40,681 bases of DNA from Intoshia linei (Eukaryota; Animalia; Orthonectida). Below the pieces are notes generated by a model. That model was not told where the DNA came from, did no database searches, and worked only from the letters and a program-made list of their open reading frames with translations. The stretch's first letter is position 1. Every line of letters starts with the position of its first letter. Shown piece by piece: positions 22,073 through 35,608 of this stretch. A program made the translations under genes and the position numbers. The stretch is from positions 1-40,681 of the forward strand of contig LWCA01000205.1 of NCBI GenBank assembly GCA_001642005.1. Direction: 5' to 3'.

Positions 22073-25000
22073 TTATGATATATATTTTTTAGCAAATTCT
22101 GTTATTCTGTTTTTAACGAGCAGAGGTAGCTTTGCCTTTAAAACTATGAACAGTGTAATGACATTTCCAAACAAAGTGATTGCAAAAACAAGAAACAAAG
22201 CGACCAACTAAATTTAGATTAAATAATAAATAGTATAAAATGTATGTGCAATAAGGTGTTAACTTTTTGATGGAATTGTAAAAATTAAAAAGATACAGCG
22301 TCGTACGGTATGAGAAATCCAATAAAAATAACATCTGTGGTGTTTGTTTTTAATATGATTACAAAAACATCGACCTGCTCTGCAATTTAAAAATACCCAT
22401 AATATTTTAAACTGAAATTTATTATTATTATTAATTTAAAGTCGATTAACGGTGTCATTATCTAATTCACCGTCAATTTATGTAACCGACCTAATTTTTG
22501 TAGGTATTTGACAGTATTTATAGTATGGTCGTTACTTCACCCCATAAAGAAACTAAGAAATAATATAAATAAATTTTTTAATAGAAGTGGAAAGGTTGAC
22601 TCTTTAAGAGTGAATTATAGGGTAGAACACCTAACAGTGAAAAATATAATTATGATGCAACAAACTTTTTTTAATGGTTTTATCATTATGATACAACTTA
22701 TAACCATACAACTTTTATGGGTCCAACAGTTACGAATTTGCCTTCATTAAAATTTCATCAACCTTATGCCCCGGTTGTATAATTTCTGTGAGATTTTATT
22801 ACCAATTAGTTTTGTCAAAAATGTTGCTTCTCAAAGATGAAACGGGATACTAACCTACACTTCTGTTAACCTTTATTTATACATTTCTGGAGTTCTTTTT
22901 ATTTTACAGATAAAATATGGGAAACATAAAACATTATAATCTGATCGAATCACAATAATTATTATTTTTTTATTAAGTGATTTAACATATGTATTTTTGT
23001 TCTGAGAAAAAAGTTAACACCTTAATGTGCAATACATTGCTTTTTTATTATGGAATTTTGTAAATAAAATTATAACCTGTCTGTTAATGTACAATAATGT
23101 TTTAATAAATTGATATAAAATATATAATAAGGTACTATCTAAATCAGTGGTTTTCAACCGGGGGTCGCGAGAATTTGAACAGTAAAAAATATAAATAAAA
23201 CTGAATATTCTTTTTTAATATTTTCATTTATGTGAATTGATATGATGATTGGAGTATATAGAAAATTTTTGGGTCGCGAAAATTTTTTATGTTCGTAAGG
23301 GAAGTCGCGAACACAAAAACATTGAAAACCACTGATCTAGATATTCCAAAAATTTATATTAAATTCCATGAAGTGCCACTTGAAATTAATTCATTATGAA
23401 CGAAATTGTTAAATTTAAATTTAACTTAAAAATTAATAATGTGTAAATACATATTAGAGCAGTGGTTTTCAACCTTTTTGTGTTTGCGACTCCCTTATAA
23501 ACATAAAAAATTTTCGCGACCCAAAAATTTTCTTTATAATCCAATCATCATATCAATTCACCTAAATGAAAATATTAAAAAAGAATATTCAGTTTTATTT
23601 ATATTTTATATTGTGTTCAAATTCTCACGACCCCTGATAAATTTCGCGACCCCTGGATGAAAACAACTGTATTAGAGTATATACCGAATTACATGCATAT
23701 ATAACGATAAATGAATGTATAAAAATTAAATTGGCTATTTATTCTTGACAAATAACTGTTCTTACATAACAATATATCAGACCATTTAAGAAACTAGTTT
23801 TAGTTTATTACTATTAATAATTTATCCTTACTTATATAATATGCTAAGCAATATTTGTTTGTGTGTGTTACCGTTTATTTCAATAACTACTAGTCTTAGA
23901 ATTTTATAAAGTCCACATTTCAATTATAGTTTTTTCCGAGTGTCAAAAACCCAATTGTCGTTTTTTTGAAAATCAAACGAGTTAGAATTTAAAAAAATAT
24001 ATACGCTGTACCGAAATGTAATGATATAAAGTTAAACGATAAACTTATAGTTTGGTTTAAAAGTAATTTATTAATTTATGAGCTATTCTTTTAACTAAAT
24101 AGTTAATTTTTTAATAAAATAACTTATTTTTTTATTAAAATAATATACTTTTTCATTTATAATGGCATAATTCGACATATACTCTAATGTATATAAAAGT
24201 GAATCTGAAACATCTGCCCTCAACAAAGTTAGGTATTATTTGTACAAAATACACAATAGACAAGTTAGTGGATACTAGTGTTTCAATTTTACCAAATAAA
24301 ATTTTCACTACCGGTAATTTCTTTTTTAAAAATAGCTTAAATCATTTTTAAATCGACCTTTACAATGAAGAATTCGTTAAGAATAGATAAAAACAATTTC
24401 ACGTACAATTTTTCATTATACATACAGAGTTTTATATCAAAATAATGGATCAGAATCAAAAATAAACATTGATGTGACGTCAAAAATTGTCTCGAATCGT
24501 CGAAATAATAAAATGTTTTCACTCTGAAATTAAAAACCCAAAGAATTCAATTTCAGTAAAAGTTAGAATACTTTCTACGACCAAACATTAAAAACAAAAA
24601 TATAATAAAAAGTTTATTTAATCAGTCTTTCAGGTGCAAAATAGGATTTATAAAAAATTGCATCCAAAATACTAAAAGACAATCTTGATTCACATTTCAT
24701 TATTACTTTCAACAAGTGTGGAACGACTTAATGAGCGATTATTAAAATTTATACATGTAAATTGATGGAATTATTTGCAACATTAACTCTACATCAATAT
24801 CTCAAAAACGTTAGTACACAATAAACATTTTATTATCATTATAAAAAAAAATTTAAATAAGAGGTAATCAAAAATAATTACCGGTAATAATTTACCGATA
24901 AAGAAACACTAGTTGAATCGTATCATACGACTATAATATTAACTTAAAATAAACCTATAGTCAATTCATCATTGATACGATTCATTTTTGGTATGTAATA

Positions 25001-28000
25001 ATTATTTTTATAATAAATTAATTTACCTGCCATTCCATTTTGTTTTGAGTCGTGTATAAATGATATAATTTATAAGTGATAAAGCTGTGGTAAATCTAAA
25101 AGAAATAAATTTTTATTAACTAATTAATCCTTACATATCCTAAAACAAGAAACGGTAACAGAAACGAAAGACCTCGCCACATCCATGATTGAAATCCTTC
25201 TATTATTTATAATATAAATAAATAAATATACATTATATATTTATTATATGAATATTATACATTATATAGTAGGGTTTTTCAGCTACCACCTTTTCATTAA
25301 ATTGAAAATATATGTTATAATAACATGTTATAAAATTGTTATGTATTAGAATATGAACGTCGTTCATATTCTTATGTAAATGATACGTACACGGTACACA
25401 GTGGTGCTTTTGATGATAATTGGTAGGCTATGTAGGTTTTAATATAGGTTTCGCTTCCCTCAGTTACAGAATTTTGTACACACAACGATATATAATATTA
25501 ATATACATGTATAATGAATTTAAACAAACCCACAGTAATATGCATATCATGAGTCATTCCAAGTGATTTTAGCCTATACAAAGAACCGTTTTGATAATAG
25601 TACTGTGCAATATGTGTCAAACCTAAATTTAAAATAGACTTTAAATAAAGGTCCATCTGAAGAATTGTGTAAAAAATGTATGACAGCGGTTCCCAAATGA
25701 AGTTCTGCGAACCGTCATAGATCCTTATAAAAAAATTACCCAACCCAGAAATAAAAAAACTTAAGAATAAAATGATTACAATAAATAGATAAATCAATTA
25801 AACAATAAAAAATGGTAGATAAAGGATATAAATTAAAGTGAAAAAAATATGCAATTAAAAAAAATTCAGATTTTTCACTAATAATTATAACTAATAGGCA
25901 TCACCAACTGTCGACTTTCAAAACCATAATGTGTTAATATTTAAAACCTAAATATTGAATATATTACTTATATACATCGCAAACCATTTGAACGTGGAAT
26001 GAAATTCCATATATGCGTAGCTAGTCGGCCTAAAAATGACAATTATCTACCTAAAATTTCACAAGAATGAAAATGAAAACTATTTGTATCAACTATTAAG
26101 GTTATTATCTACTCATCCTGATATGCATAAGTATTAATCCGTTTTTCTAATTCTGTTGACAAAACACTATCAATTCATTAACAAAATTTATTTACATAAG
26201 AAAAAATCAAGTTTTATGAAATATGTCACATACCTTTAATTTAGTTACTATTAATAGTATTATTAATATCTTGGTTAGTTATGAAGTACATTGCATATAC
26301 AAATTTTTATGTTACATTTTAACGAAATTGTTTGAATTTTTTGATCCTTAATTCAAAAAATTTTATAAATTTAGGGTGAAAGCAGCCTATCTTTAAATCT
26401 ACTAATAACAATTTTTTTAGAATTAATAAAATGGATTCATACTTTAAATTTTGGTGAAATTAGAACTGGGAGAATAAACACGCCATTAAAATTAATAATG
26501 TAGATTGTACGATGAAAAATTGATGAGAAATATGAACAATGTTCATTGAACATTTAAATATCTATATTATTTAAATTAAATCATAATAATATCAACATAA
26601 TCATCGATTTTACTAATTTATCATATAATTCATTTTTTCTCGAAAATTTAGTCGGTTTCTTTAATTTATTCAGAAATCAGTATTCATTTATTATCTTATA
26701 TTCATATCTTTGGTCATTGTCATTAAACCTTGAAGAATCCACAAAAATATTGTCAAAAAATAAATATTATGATTAATTAACAAAATCGATGATTATGTGG
26801 CTCTAAGATGTATTGCTCAACTGAATGTTCGCCGATATAACATAATGAAAAATATCAATACCATATTAACAATATTCCTGCACCAATTGTCGACATAAAA
26901 TGATGAGCTACCCACCAACCTTTAATTCTAAAATATTTAAATTAAATTAATACACTAGAAAAATCAATCCCAACGTTTTTTGGTACAGATCTTTGAAGAT
27001 TTTATTAATAGTAGTTATCAAATGAAATAGTCGCATTTCATTTTTACCAAAAAAAGCTACTTTGTTACAATAATTGGCACCTTATAAGCCTCATTACTCC
27101 AAATATTTCTGAATTTTCAGTGATTACTAGGGCGATCAATGTCATAAAAATAATTATTTTTTATAATTTTAAAAAAATGTTAGAAATTTAAGAGGGAACT
27201 AATAAACAAATTTAATAGGGTATATCAATTTTTAAAAAATCACAATGTCATATTTCTGACATAACTGTCATAATTTAAAAAAATGTATATTCTCCTAACG
27301 AATATACCTAAAACAATAATATAAATTAACAATTTTCAATTTTACTATGTGAAATCAAATCACCAAAAATTTTGGCACAGCTATTGAACAGTCAAACCTC
27401 ATCATCAAGTGTTAAAAGATCCGTTTTCGTTGTTGAATATATTATCCGACGAAAGAAATTTTTGGATGGGTCGTATAATAATTTTTAGTAATATTATTTG
27501 TAAATTTTAAAAAAAAATGCCATACATGCCCATTTTTTGAGGTGATGAAGATTATACTTACATATCTATAAAGTATCATAAAAATTTCAAATTTGGCCAC
27601 TTATGTGAGTGTATTAGTGATTTTAACACTAAAAAATGAAGCAGATTATAATATATAAACAATACATCATAATTATTGAAAGATTAGTTACCTTTCAATA
27701 AATTTGAGATTTTACCTAAATTAATGACGTTCTAATATTTTAGATGGTGTTTCTCAACCTTTTTTGCATTGGGCGTACTTGAAAGCAAATAACAAACTAA
27801 TGCAATTTTATATTTGTTGGCCAAATGTTGGGTGTTTACTGAAAATCTTCATAAAATCAACTGAAATAATATAAAAAGTTGCTAGAAAAAGCTGTATATT
27901 CACATAAAAATAAAAAACTTTTTTTTTACGGTACAAAAACCATTTAAAAATACTCTGGGCGAAACGTGACTATAAAAATGTAAAAAAAATTTACCTTGAT

Positions 28001-28748
28001 CCATTAATCCTCAAAATACTTTCCCTAATTGTCAATGTACAATAATACCATAAAAGTATAAATTGATAAACAGAATCTAATGTTCTAAATAAAAACAATA
28101 AATCAATTTCTGTCTAAAAATATAAATAATATAATTACTTGTTGCATCCAGTCAAACAAATGATGAAAACGAGTAGAAACACACCCGAGCTAACGATAAA
28201 CTTGAAACGTTCATAATTTTGTTTATATGAAAATCTCATTATACAGTTATTTTATCAATTAAAAACTAATAAACCTACTTTCCTTGTCCATCATTGATAA
28301 ATTCAAATCACCCAAAACAATCTTCAAATAAAGACTATACATAAATCATCTAAAATTGTATACTAGTCACCTATTTTCTTTAGGTAACATTTCTTCATAT
28401 CCATCAGTCTCTTTTGCAATACATTCCAATTTATCTTTTAAAATATGTAAATTTTCACGATTACTGGTATCAGTCATTTTAAGGCTAAAAATTTTTAAAT
28501 TAACAAACAAAAAATATTACTTTAAAATAGCTTCATTAAGTAATTTAAGTCTATATCTCCGATGTTTAACATCAGATACACATTTATTTCGTAATTTTAA
28601 TATTGTTTTAACTTGTTGTTTATATTCGATATAATTACCCTATCAAAATATTAATCAATAAAAAGAAAGATACTGTAGTTTGTTGACATTCCTTATATAG
28701 TTCATCTACTTGGGCTGTTATGCCCTCAACTTGAATATTTTTGTCCAT
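22073..28748 (-). CDS. TMEM120: TMEM120 (TACAN/TMPIT family) membrane protein, 12 exons, 347 aa: 28748-28674, 28639-28521, 28484-28371, 28334-28275, 28234-28139, 28084-27995, 26927-26862, 26029-25968, 25622-25530, 25199-25135, 25095-25027, 22207-22073
   Basis: All junctions are GT-AG and phase-consistent (1044 nt). Family motifs: [91 protein letters not shown]. Confidence 0.96.
23145..23334 (+). mobile_element. hAT MITE (copy 1 of an inverted pair)
   Basis: TIR CAGTGGTTTTCAA / TTGAAAACCACTG with TSD ATCTAAAT/ATCTAGAT (7/8). Confidence 0.9.
23460..23669 (-). mobile_element. hAT MITE (copy 2, inverted)
   Basis: Reverse complement of 23145-23334, with its own perfect TSD TATTAGAG. Confidence 0.9.
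23825..24015 (+). mobile_element. Helitron 5' type A fragment
   Basis: A|TCCTTACTTATATAATATGC...TGTGTGTGTTACCGTTTATTTCAATAACTAC, matching 8417-8650. Confidence 0.8.
24276..24911 (+). mobile_element. Decayed internally deleted hAT element
   Basis: TIR TAGTGTTTC / GAAACACTA with subterminal TACCGGTAAT motifs at both ends. Frameshifted transposase-tail traces (KIASKIL; STSVER; [10 protein letters not shown]). The TSD matches only 5/8. Confidence 0.55.
27360..27510 (+). pseudogene. hAT transposase C-terminal remnant in TMEM120 intron 6
   Basis: [18 protein letters not shown]/(frameshift)[13 protein letters not shown] resembles the SSxxVERSFS...RNF dimerisation motif. Confidence 0.45.
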
Positions 28749-29531
28749 CTAAAATAATTATAATCTTTGGGAATGCATTTAATCAGATACTAAAGTATTA
28801 CGATTAAATGTGCCAAATTAAAAATGGTAAACAATATCTAGTACATTAAAATCTATTCAAAATTACCTACTTGTACAAAACAAACGAAAAAATCAATTTA
28901 TCAGGTTACTAAAATAACCTCATCTACTCAAATTGAAACTAAAATTATTTAAATTGAGCCTTAATTCCTTTGCAAATTTTGTTTCGATGGATATTTATTA
29001 AAACTAAAAAAGTTTAAATTGATATGACCCTTAAAAATAACCGAATTGAAATGTTAACAATTTTTTATTATTTGGAATCTTACTTTTTAAATTCAATTCA
29101 ATTTAAAAATCTCGGAAATATACATTTTAAAATTATTTATACATGAATTGAATATGGGAAGACAAGGTCAATTTCTCAATTTAGTTGCTTATATACAAAA
29201 TTTATATATTTATGGAATAATCAATTAAGCATTCCTAAACTGACATTTTTTCTAGATTTTGTATGAATCATATCTTACTGACTTTAAGCATCAAGTGATT
29301 CACTTCGGATATCACTTAAATGTATATTTATGTATTTTGCAAAGCGAAATGATCATGCAAAAAATTATAAAAAAATATAAATATAAAAATGTACTATAGT
29401 TATTTTATGACTAACCAAAGAAAAAGTATACGCGCAGATAAAGCGGAAAAAAACATGAACAATTGAATTACTAATGTAATTAATTAATGTTCATTTTTCA
29501 TGTTTTTAAAAGAATTTAATAATAAATAATA

Positions 29532-32500
29532 TTAAATAACAAATCGATCCAGAGATTTTGCTCCCTTCTCTTGCCACATTTCTCGAGTGAGCCAAAAATT
29601 GTCATTGTTTTTGATAATTTCGGCAAATACTGATCCTCCAATAAATACCATATGACGTCTTCGTGGTGGGTCAACAATAACAAGCTTGAAATTCTAAATT
29701 TAAAAAATAATACATTTAAAATGTGGAATTGACAGAATAAAAGATGAATATTTTAAAAATGTTTAAAATTTTGCAATAAGTATAAAATTTTTCCACTGAA
29801 AGTTTAAGACAATGAATAAAAAGATGAATGGATTAAATAAGCGGTTCGTGAAATAATTTTACCTGTTTTTAAATTTTTTTTAAAATAGAAATACAATAAA
29901 TATTATATTTTATTTATTAATTTTAATTATAAATTATTATCCTTTACTTATATAAAAATAAATGTTTGTGTGTGTGTAATCATTTATTGAGAAAATTGAC
30001 TGTCGCAGGATTTAACAAAACAAAATTTCTAATTCTTTTATCCATTTTTCAGTTTCATAATTGAAGTCCTTCAGGGACAAAAACCTAATTTCCCTTTTTG
30101 TTTAAAAAAAATCAACCCAAAAGTGTAATAAAACATACATTCCGGAAGGCACTTTAAAAGCATTAACATTGTCGTTAATATCAGAATCAGAAACGCATAC
30201 CTTCAAAGTCAAAACCCAAAATTACCCTTTTTTTTTAAAAATAAAACATATCCTAAAACTTTTTTAAACATAAATTCTGGGATAGTTTTTAAAATCATAA
30301 ACATTATCATAAATGAAAACCTCAAAAAAATAATTTTCACGATCAAATCCCACATTACCATTTTTTTTTTAAAATGAAAATAGCCCTTGAATTTAAAAAA
30401 ATTACTAATATTAATAATTTTATACAGTTGTATCCTGTTAAGATACAGAAAAAAAATCAATCTGATTAAATGACGCCTTCATGATCAAAAAAGTACGTTA
30501 ATATTCATTTTTTTATATTTATAATAGTGAATAGTAGTATTTTTAGGTAAATTTTCTTATTAACATGTAAATTTATTTTTCTGGTAGAATAAAAATGTCT
30601 GCCCTCAGTAGAGCTAGGATGCAGTTTGTACGAAGTACATAACAGTAGCTAGTATTATATAATTAGTAAATTATAAAATTATATATTTAGTAGGAAAAAT
30701 AAGGCTTACTATCTTTATCAAAAATGTTTAAAATATACCTCTAATCCTTCTTTTTTACCTTTCAGAACTCGATCTAAATATAATTGTTTTAATTCACGTG
30801 CCAATCGGCTAGGTAATCCAGGATACATTGTTGATCCTCCTGACAGTAAGATATGCTTGTATAACGTTTTTCGAACATCCATGTCAGCTTTCTAAAAATA
30901 TAAATACACTGAATATTATGGACACATTTCAGTTAAATAAAATTTTAAAGTTCAGAGTTTGAACAGCAGACTCATCTATCGAAACCAGAGATGATTATAA
31001 CTTAGAGACTTGACATTTTTATCAATGTTATTATTGTTATTTTCATTATACATTAGTGGTTTAATTAGATGAATAATTTTATATCCACATAAAATTATTT
31101 ATTAGATCTAAAAAATAAATTTGGCCAAATTGGATTTTTTTGGGTTGGATAAATTGTTTCCAATATCTCAACTTTTGATCCAATTGCATTTTTTTAGGTT
31201 TAATAGTTTTTTCTCTCACGGTTAAATGAAATTACATCCTAGTGACTCGGTTCTATTTCACCCTTTATATGTACATTTCAAAACCAATAATTCTAATAAT
31301 GATATTTGATTACTACAAAACACTATCTAAAACTTTAGGCACACATCGTAATAAAATCACTCAAAAAATACAATTTCACGATGTGGACTCGACACTAACA
31401 AATAACGAAAATATATCTGTTGAGAAACACGTTAAAACATGCAATGCCATTCAGCAAATAATTTTTGTATGAAAAATTATATTATATTAACCTGAATGGT
31501 ATTAAAAATCATTTCACTCATTCCACTCCCTTCAACGTCAACTAAATGAGGTTGAAATAGACATTCTGGTGCATGATATCTTTCTGATCCAACTGTAATA
31601 ACCCGTCCGTCGGGTAACTAATTTTAAAAAGTATATTACATTAATATTAATTCAATATATTATTTGACATATTATTAATATTAATTTTGATCACTATCCA
31701 TGTAAAGGTGAGATTTTTGAAATACTAATGTAGCGGTCGTTTAAATTTGAGGACAATTTCCAAACACCTGCCAACTCTGTAATAAAATTTACTACGTAAA
31801 TATTAATATTCTCCAATAAAAATAAACAAAAGTTGATAAAATTTTTTTCACGAACGTACAATAATATTTTTTTGACTCAGAAGGATTCCAGAAACCCTAA
31901 TCTAGAAATACTGAATATGAGTATGAGTCTTGGCTACCATTTCATATAGGTCACTTAAATTCATACATGTATAATTATTTTTTATTTGCTAGAAAATGGC
32001 TCAATAATATAATTATCATCCTTTACTTATATATGCAAATTAATGTCTGTGTGTGTGAAAACAATTGAAAAATTTCACAGTCGTAGGATTTAAAAAAACC
32101 CAATTTATAATAGTTTTTCCCAGGAACTGTTTTTATCTATTTTTCACTTTCAAAATTTAAATTCTTCAGGGTCAAAAAGACAATTTTCCCTTATGTTTAA
32201 AAAAATCAACCCAAAACTTTAATAAAACATACATTCTGGAATGCGTTTTAAAATCATGAACATTATCATCAATGGAAAACTCGAAAAAAATAATTTTCAC
32301 GATCAACATTGCCTTTTTTTTTTAAAATGAATACAGCCCTAGAATTTAAAAAAAAATTACAGATAGTACAGTTGTATCATGTTAACAGACACAAAAAATA
32401 AATACTTAAAAATACTAATTATGTATCAATAATTAACAGAATCAGCACTTTATAAACATATTTCAGGTGAATTTTACCAATATTGCAAAAGATTGTAATA

Positions 32501-35261
32501 AATATAAAAATAATAATAACAAAGTTGTATTACTTTTAGTAATCGTTGTTGTAGTTTAAATTTAAATTTTAAACAAATGAACAAATGAAAATGAGCATTT
32601 GAGATTGAAAAATTGCGAAGGAATGAATTATATAGATTTTCACCAATATTTCTTTATTGGAAATGTGTAGAATTTTAATGCATATTTTTTTTGAAATTGT
32701 AGGGTCAGTATTTACATTTTCAATTGTTATTTTAATCGAAATATTTGAAAAATATTAGTTAATAATATATTAAAAATTATTTTTCACTGGGAATGCGTAG
32801 ATTGCTAAGTCGAAATTTTGTATTTATATCTACTGGAATAAGCTCTATCAGAATAATCTTCTTTTTTTTTAATTTTCGGACAATTAATTATTTCACCTTT
32901 TTTGTTTTACAATTTGTTAATAAAATATTTCGGAAAAAAAATATATGAATAGTTAAATGCTTTTTTGACCGTGAAGGCGTCACTTATTCAGATTGAAATT
33001 TTTTTTGTGTGTTAATAGGATACAACTGTACAACCTGTAATATTTTTTAAATTCTAGGGTAATTTGAGGTTTTGGTCCTGAAGATACATATATATATTTT
33101 TAAATTCTCGAACTCGTTTGATTTTCAAAAATAAGGACAATTGGGGTTTTTGACCCAAATGATGTGGGTTGAGAAGGTTGAAATTTATTTTGCTAACACC
33201 CGGAAAAAATGCATCAGAGATGTGGACTTTATAAAATTCTAAGACCGATAGTTATTGAAATAAACGGTAACACACACACATATTGGATAGCATGTTATAT
33301 AAGTATGTATAAAAGTATACTGTATATTTTTCAACAAGAACGGTTGTATCATGAGCTAAAATCTCTTCCTGCTCAATATCGTAAGCACAATAACATAATT
33401 TTTCTTTTATTCTACGAACGAGTTCAAAATCTGCAGATTTGTTGAAAATGTAGCCACGTAAACTCAATAATTTAATGAGATAATTTGTAACATGGCGCCC
33501 AGCCACGTCTAATCGCGTTATTAAATGTGTTAAAGCGTGCCCCTCGACAACTGGAACAATGTGAGTGACTCCATCCCCACAATCACATACTACTCCAGTC
33601 ATAAGACCTAATTTTAAATTAATATACTGTACATCAGCGTTTCCCAATTGCCATTCTGTATAATTTCTGTGGGTCCCAAAGGTACATTTTTATATATACC
33701 ATTTTAAAAATGTACTAAAAACTCATTTTAAATAACATTCGTTTCGAATAAATAAGTAATACTCATTTATCACAGTTGAAAATTTTATAACCACAATGTT
33801 AAAATTTAATTTAGTTGCCACCATTTACCGGTACGTAACAGCAAAAATGGACAGGTTGGAAAACACTGATTTATATAACAAAGTAATAATATTCATTAAT
33901 ACAGTGCAAAACTCATTAGGTCGGAATTTTTCACCAAGTTCCCGAAAATTGATTTCGAAATAAAAATACAATTCATGAGAAATCTGAAATTTATATTTGA
34001 CCAACAATTTAACTTGGAATAAAGTGTCTTAAAATTTAAAATTAAAATTAAATTTTTGGTAAATCCTTTAAAGTAGTGATTCTCAAAGTAATAAACGTCC
34101 AATTTCTATAATATTTTTGACATACTATTATGGTCCAGGTACAACACAAAATTGTGACAATTCTACGTCATGTCATGGTTAGATATCGAAATATAGCCGT
34201 AAGTAATTTAAAAACAAAATAATAACTATTTTACGTCCCCTATTGGAAAACATGTGTATAAAATGGCAATTAAAATAATAAACGCATTTCTCGATTTCGT
34301 CAAAATGGCGTTAGTGTGATTGTAACCTGCCTCTACCATAAAAGATGTTGGATTTGAGAGAAAAAATGTGGTATTTGGTATTTGAAAAATTAAAGTTTGG
34401 TAAATATGGATTTTATTTAGGATATGGATTAGGTGGGTTTTTTTAATGTTTGGTAAAATTATATTTTTTAACAAAATATCGAAAAAAGGGGATTTTCCCT
34501 TAAACATTGGAGTCTACAATTATTACTAAAAATGATTAAAAAAAGAATAACCTTGAGCATAAAGAGTCAAAACAGCTTGAATAGATATATAAATTGCCGA
34601 AAAATTGTAATGTTCGAACATTAACTAGTATATAAAATTAAAAAGAATTTCAAAGCATAAAGAAGTACATGTATAAAATATAAAACCTCTGCCATTTTGA
34701 TACTGTTTTTTTTAGGGTTAAGAGGTGGTTCAGTAAGTAGAATTTTACTATTTTTGGGATCAATATTTAATTTTGTTTCACCTAAAATGATGTAAATTTT
34801 AATTTGTATTCCAAATAATACATATTACTACATGGTCCATGTAAATATTCTAGTAAATTAAAAAAAAATTACTGAAAGCGTAATCATAAATGTGTACAAT
34901 ATCTTCCCAGTTAATAATTTGTCCTTTTGACATTGGATAACTAATTTCCAACATATTGCGTACTTTGTCAGCTTCATCTCCAACCATAATATCCTACATG
35001 TACAAAATTCAAAACACTTTCCCACATGTAAAAACCTTTAAATGAACATTTTCAATTTCCGTATCTGCTCTCAAAACAGGCCTACCAACAATGGCCGGAA
35101 ATTGATAATCTGGAAAATTAGAACCACTAAATCCGCATTTGACAAACTATTTAAAAAATAAAATGTAAATTATAAAACTAAATATCAAAATATCAACAAA
35201 ACGCTAGAATTACTCCTGTTCCGTTATCACAAACAATCACTTTATTCCCATATTTATCCAT
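29532..35261 (-). CDS. ACTR2: Actin-related protein 2, 9 exons, 391 aa: 35261-35214, 35146-35036, 34993-34873, 34781-34687, 34624-34552, 33607-33321, 31617-31492, 30891-30739, 29693-29532
   Basis: Phase-consistent GT-AG model (1176 nt). Arp2-diagnostic strings: [91 protein letters not shown]. Confidence 0.97.
29940..30652 (+). mobile_element. Non-autonomous Helitron, 5' type B, both ends present (713 bp), in Arp2 intron 8
   Basis: Inserted between A and T with no TSD. 5' end is TC plus a (TG)n microsatellite. 3' hairpin TGTAC-GAA-GTACA lies about 10 nt before the terminal CTAG. Confidence 0.9.
32019..32400 (+). mobile_element. Helitron 5' type B half in Arp2 intron 6
   Basis: A|TCCTTTACTTATAT...TGTCTGTGTGTGTG, colinear with 29940-30455 apart from an internal deletion. 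Confidence 0.85.
32401..33310 (-). mobile_element. Helitron 5' type A, 3'-truncated, fused in inverted orientation to the previous copy
   Basis: Closely colinear with 38650-39380. The type A 5' block lies at 33225-33310. Confidence 0.85.
33635..33868. mobile_element. Probable decayed hAT MITE
   Basis: Termini CAGCGTTTCCCAA ... TTGGAAAACACTG. TSD not preserved. Confidence 0.5.
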
Positions 35262-35608
35262 TTTTAGGTATAATTATTGTTTATTTATTGATGTTCAAAT
35301 AATTGCACTTTATTATTTCTTCAGTTGTAGAGATTTAGTTTTGATGTTGAAATATTGTTAATTTTATTTATTTAACTATTTATTAATTGTTATAAATAAA
35401 TTCTAACAAAATTTAATCACATTTTAATCCAATTTGCAATAATATAAAAATGAACAATTTTAACAAAATATCACTATATGTACAACAAAATTGTTAATTA
35501 TATTAAAAAAAATTTATATTTATTGCTTAATTTAATTTTTTTGTCTCAGACAACTTGAGTTTACCTTTAAAAATGAATTTTTGAATTCAAATCATTTTTT
35601 TTTATGAA
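35262..35608. promoter_or_regulatory. Putative bidirectional promoter region between Arp2 and ALG9
   Basis: 347 bp between divergent start codons, with no recognisable TE. Function is inferred from geometry only. Confidence 0.55.

Noticed and set aside
22440-22790. Nested gene in TMEM120 intron 11 (80-aa ORF and neighbouring frames)
   Set aside because: No recognisable domain, stops in the more protein-like frames, and no consistent splice model.
23439-23660. 73-aa ORF
   Set aside because: Almost entirely within a hAT MITE; spurious.
25349-25371. Perfect hairpin GAATATGAAC-GTC-GTTCATATTC
   Set aside because: Single 10-bp AT-rich stem with no ncRNA context; plausible by chance or as TE debris.
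25624-25797. Hydrophobic N-terminal part of the 99-aa ORF as an extra or alternative TMEM120 exon
   Set aside because: The 12-exon model is complete and in frame without it. AT-rich intron read-through explains it.
28235-28274. TMEM120 intron 4 ends in GAG
   Set aside because: Uncommon but still a canonical AG, and the frame is preserved.
30209-30460. ORFs 30209-30460, 14927-15133, 18529-18717, 39862-40068 and 13470-13658
   Set aside because: They overlap Helitron or MITE sequence and have low-complexity F/K/I/N composition.
33209-33445. 78-aa + strand ORF, and similarly 28356-28634, 35758-36114, 35838-36038 and 36200-36538
   Set aside because: Antisense or off-frame shadows of real Arp2, TMEM120 and ALG9 exons.
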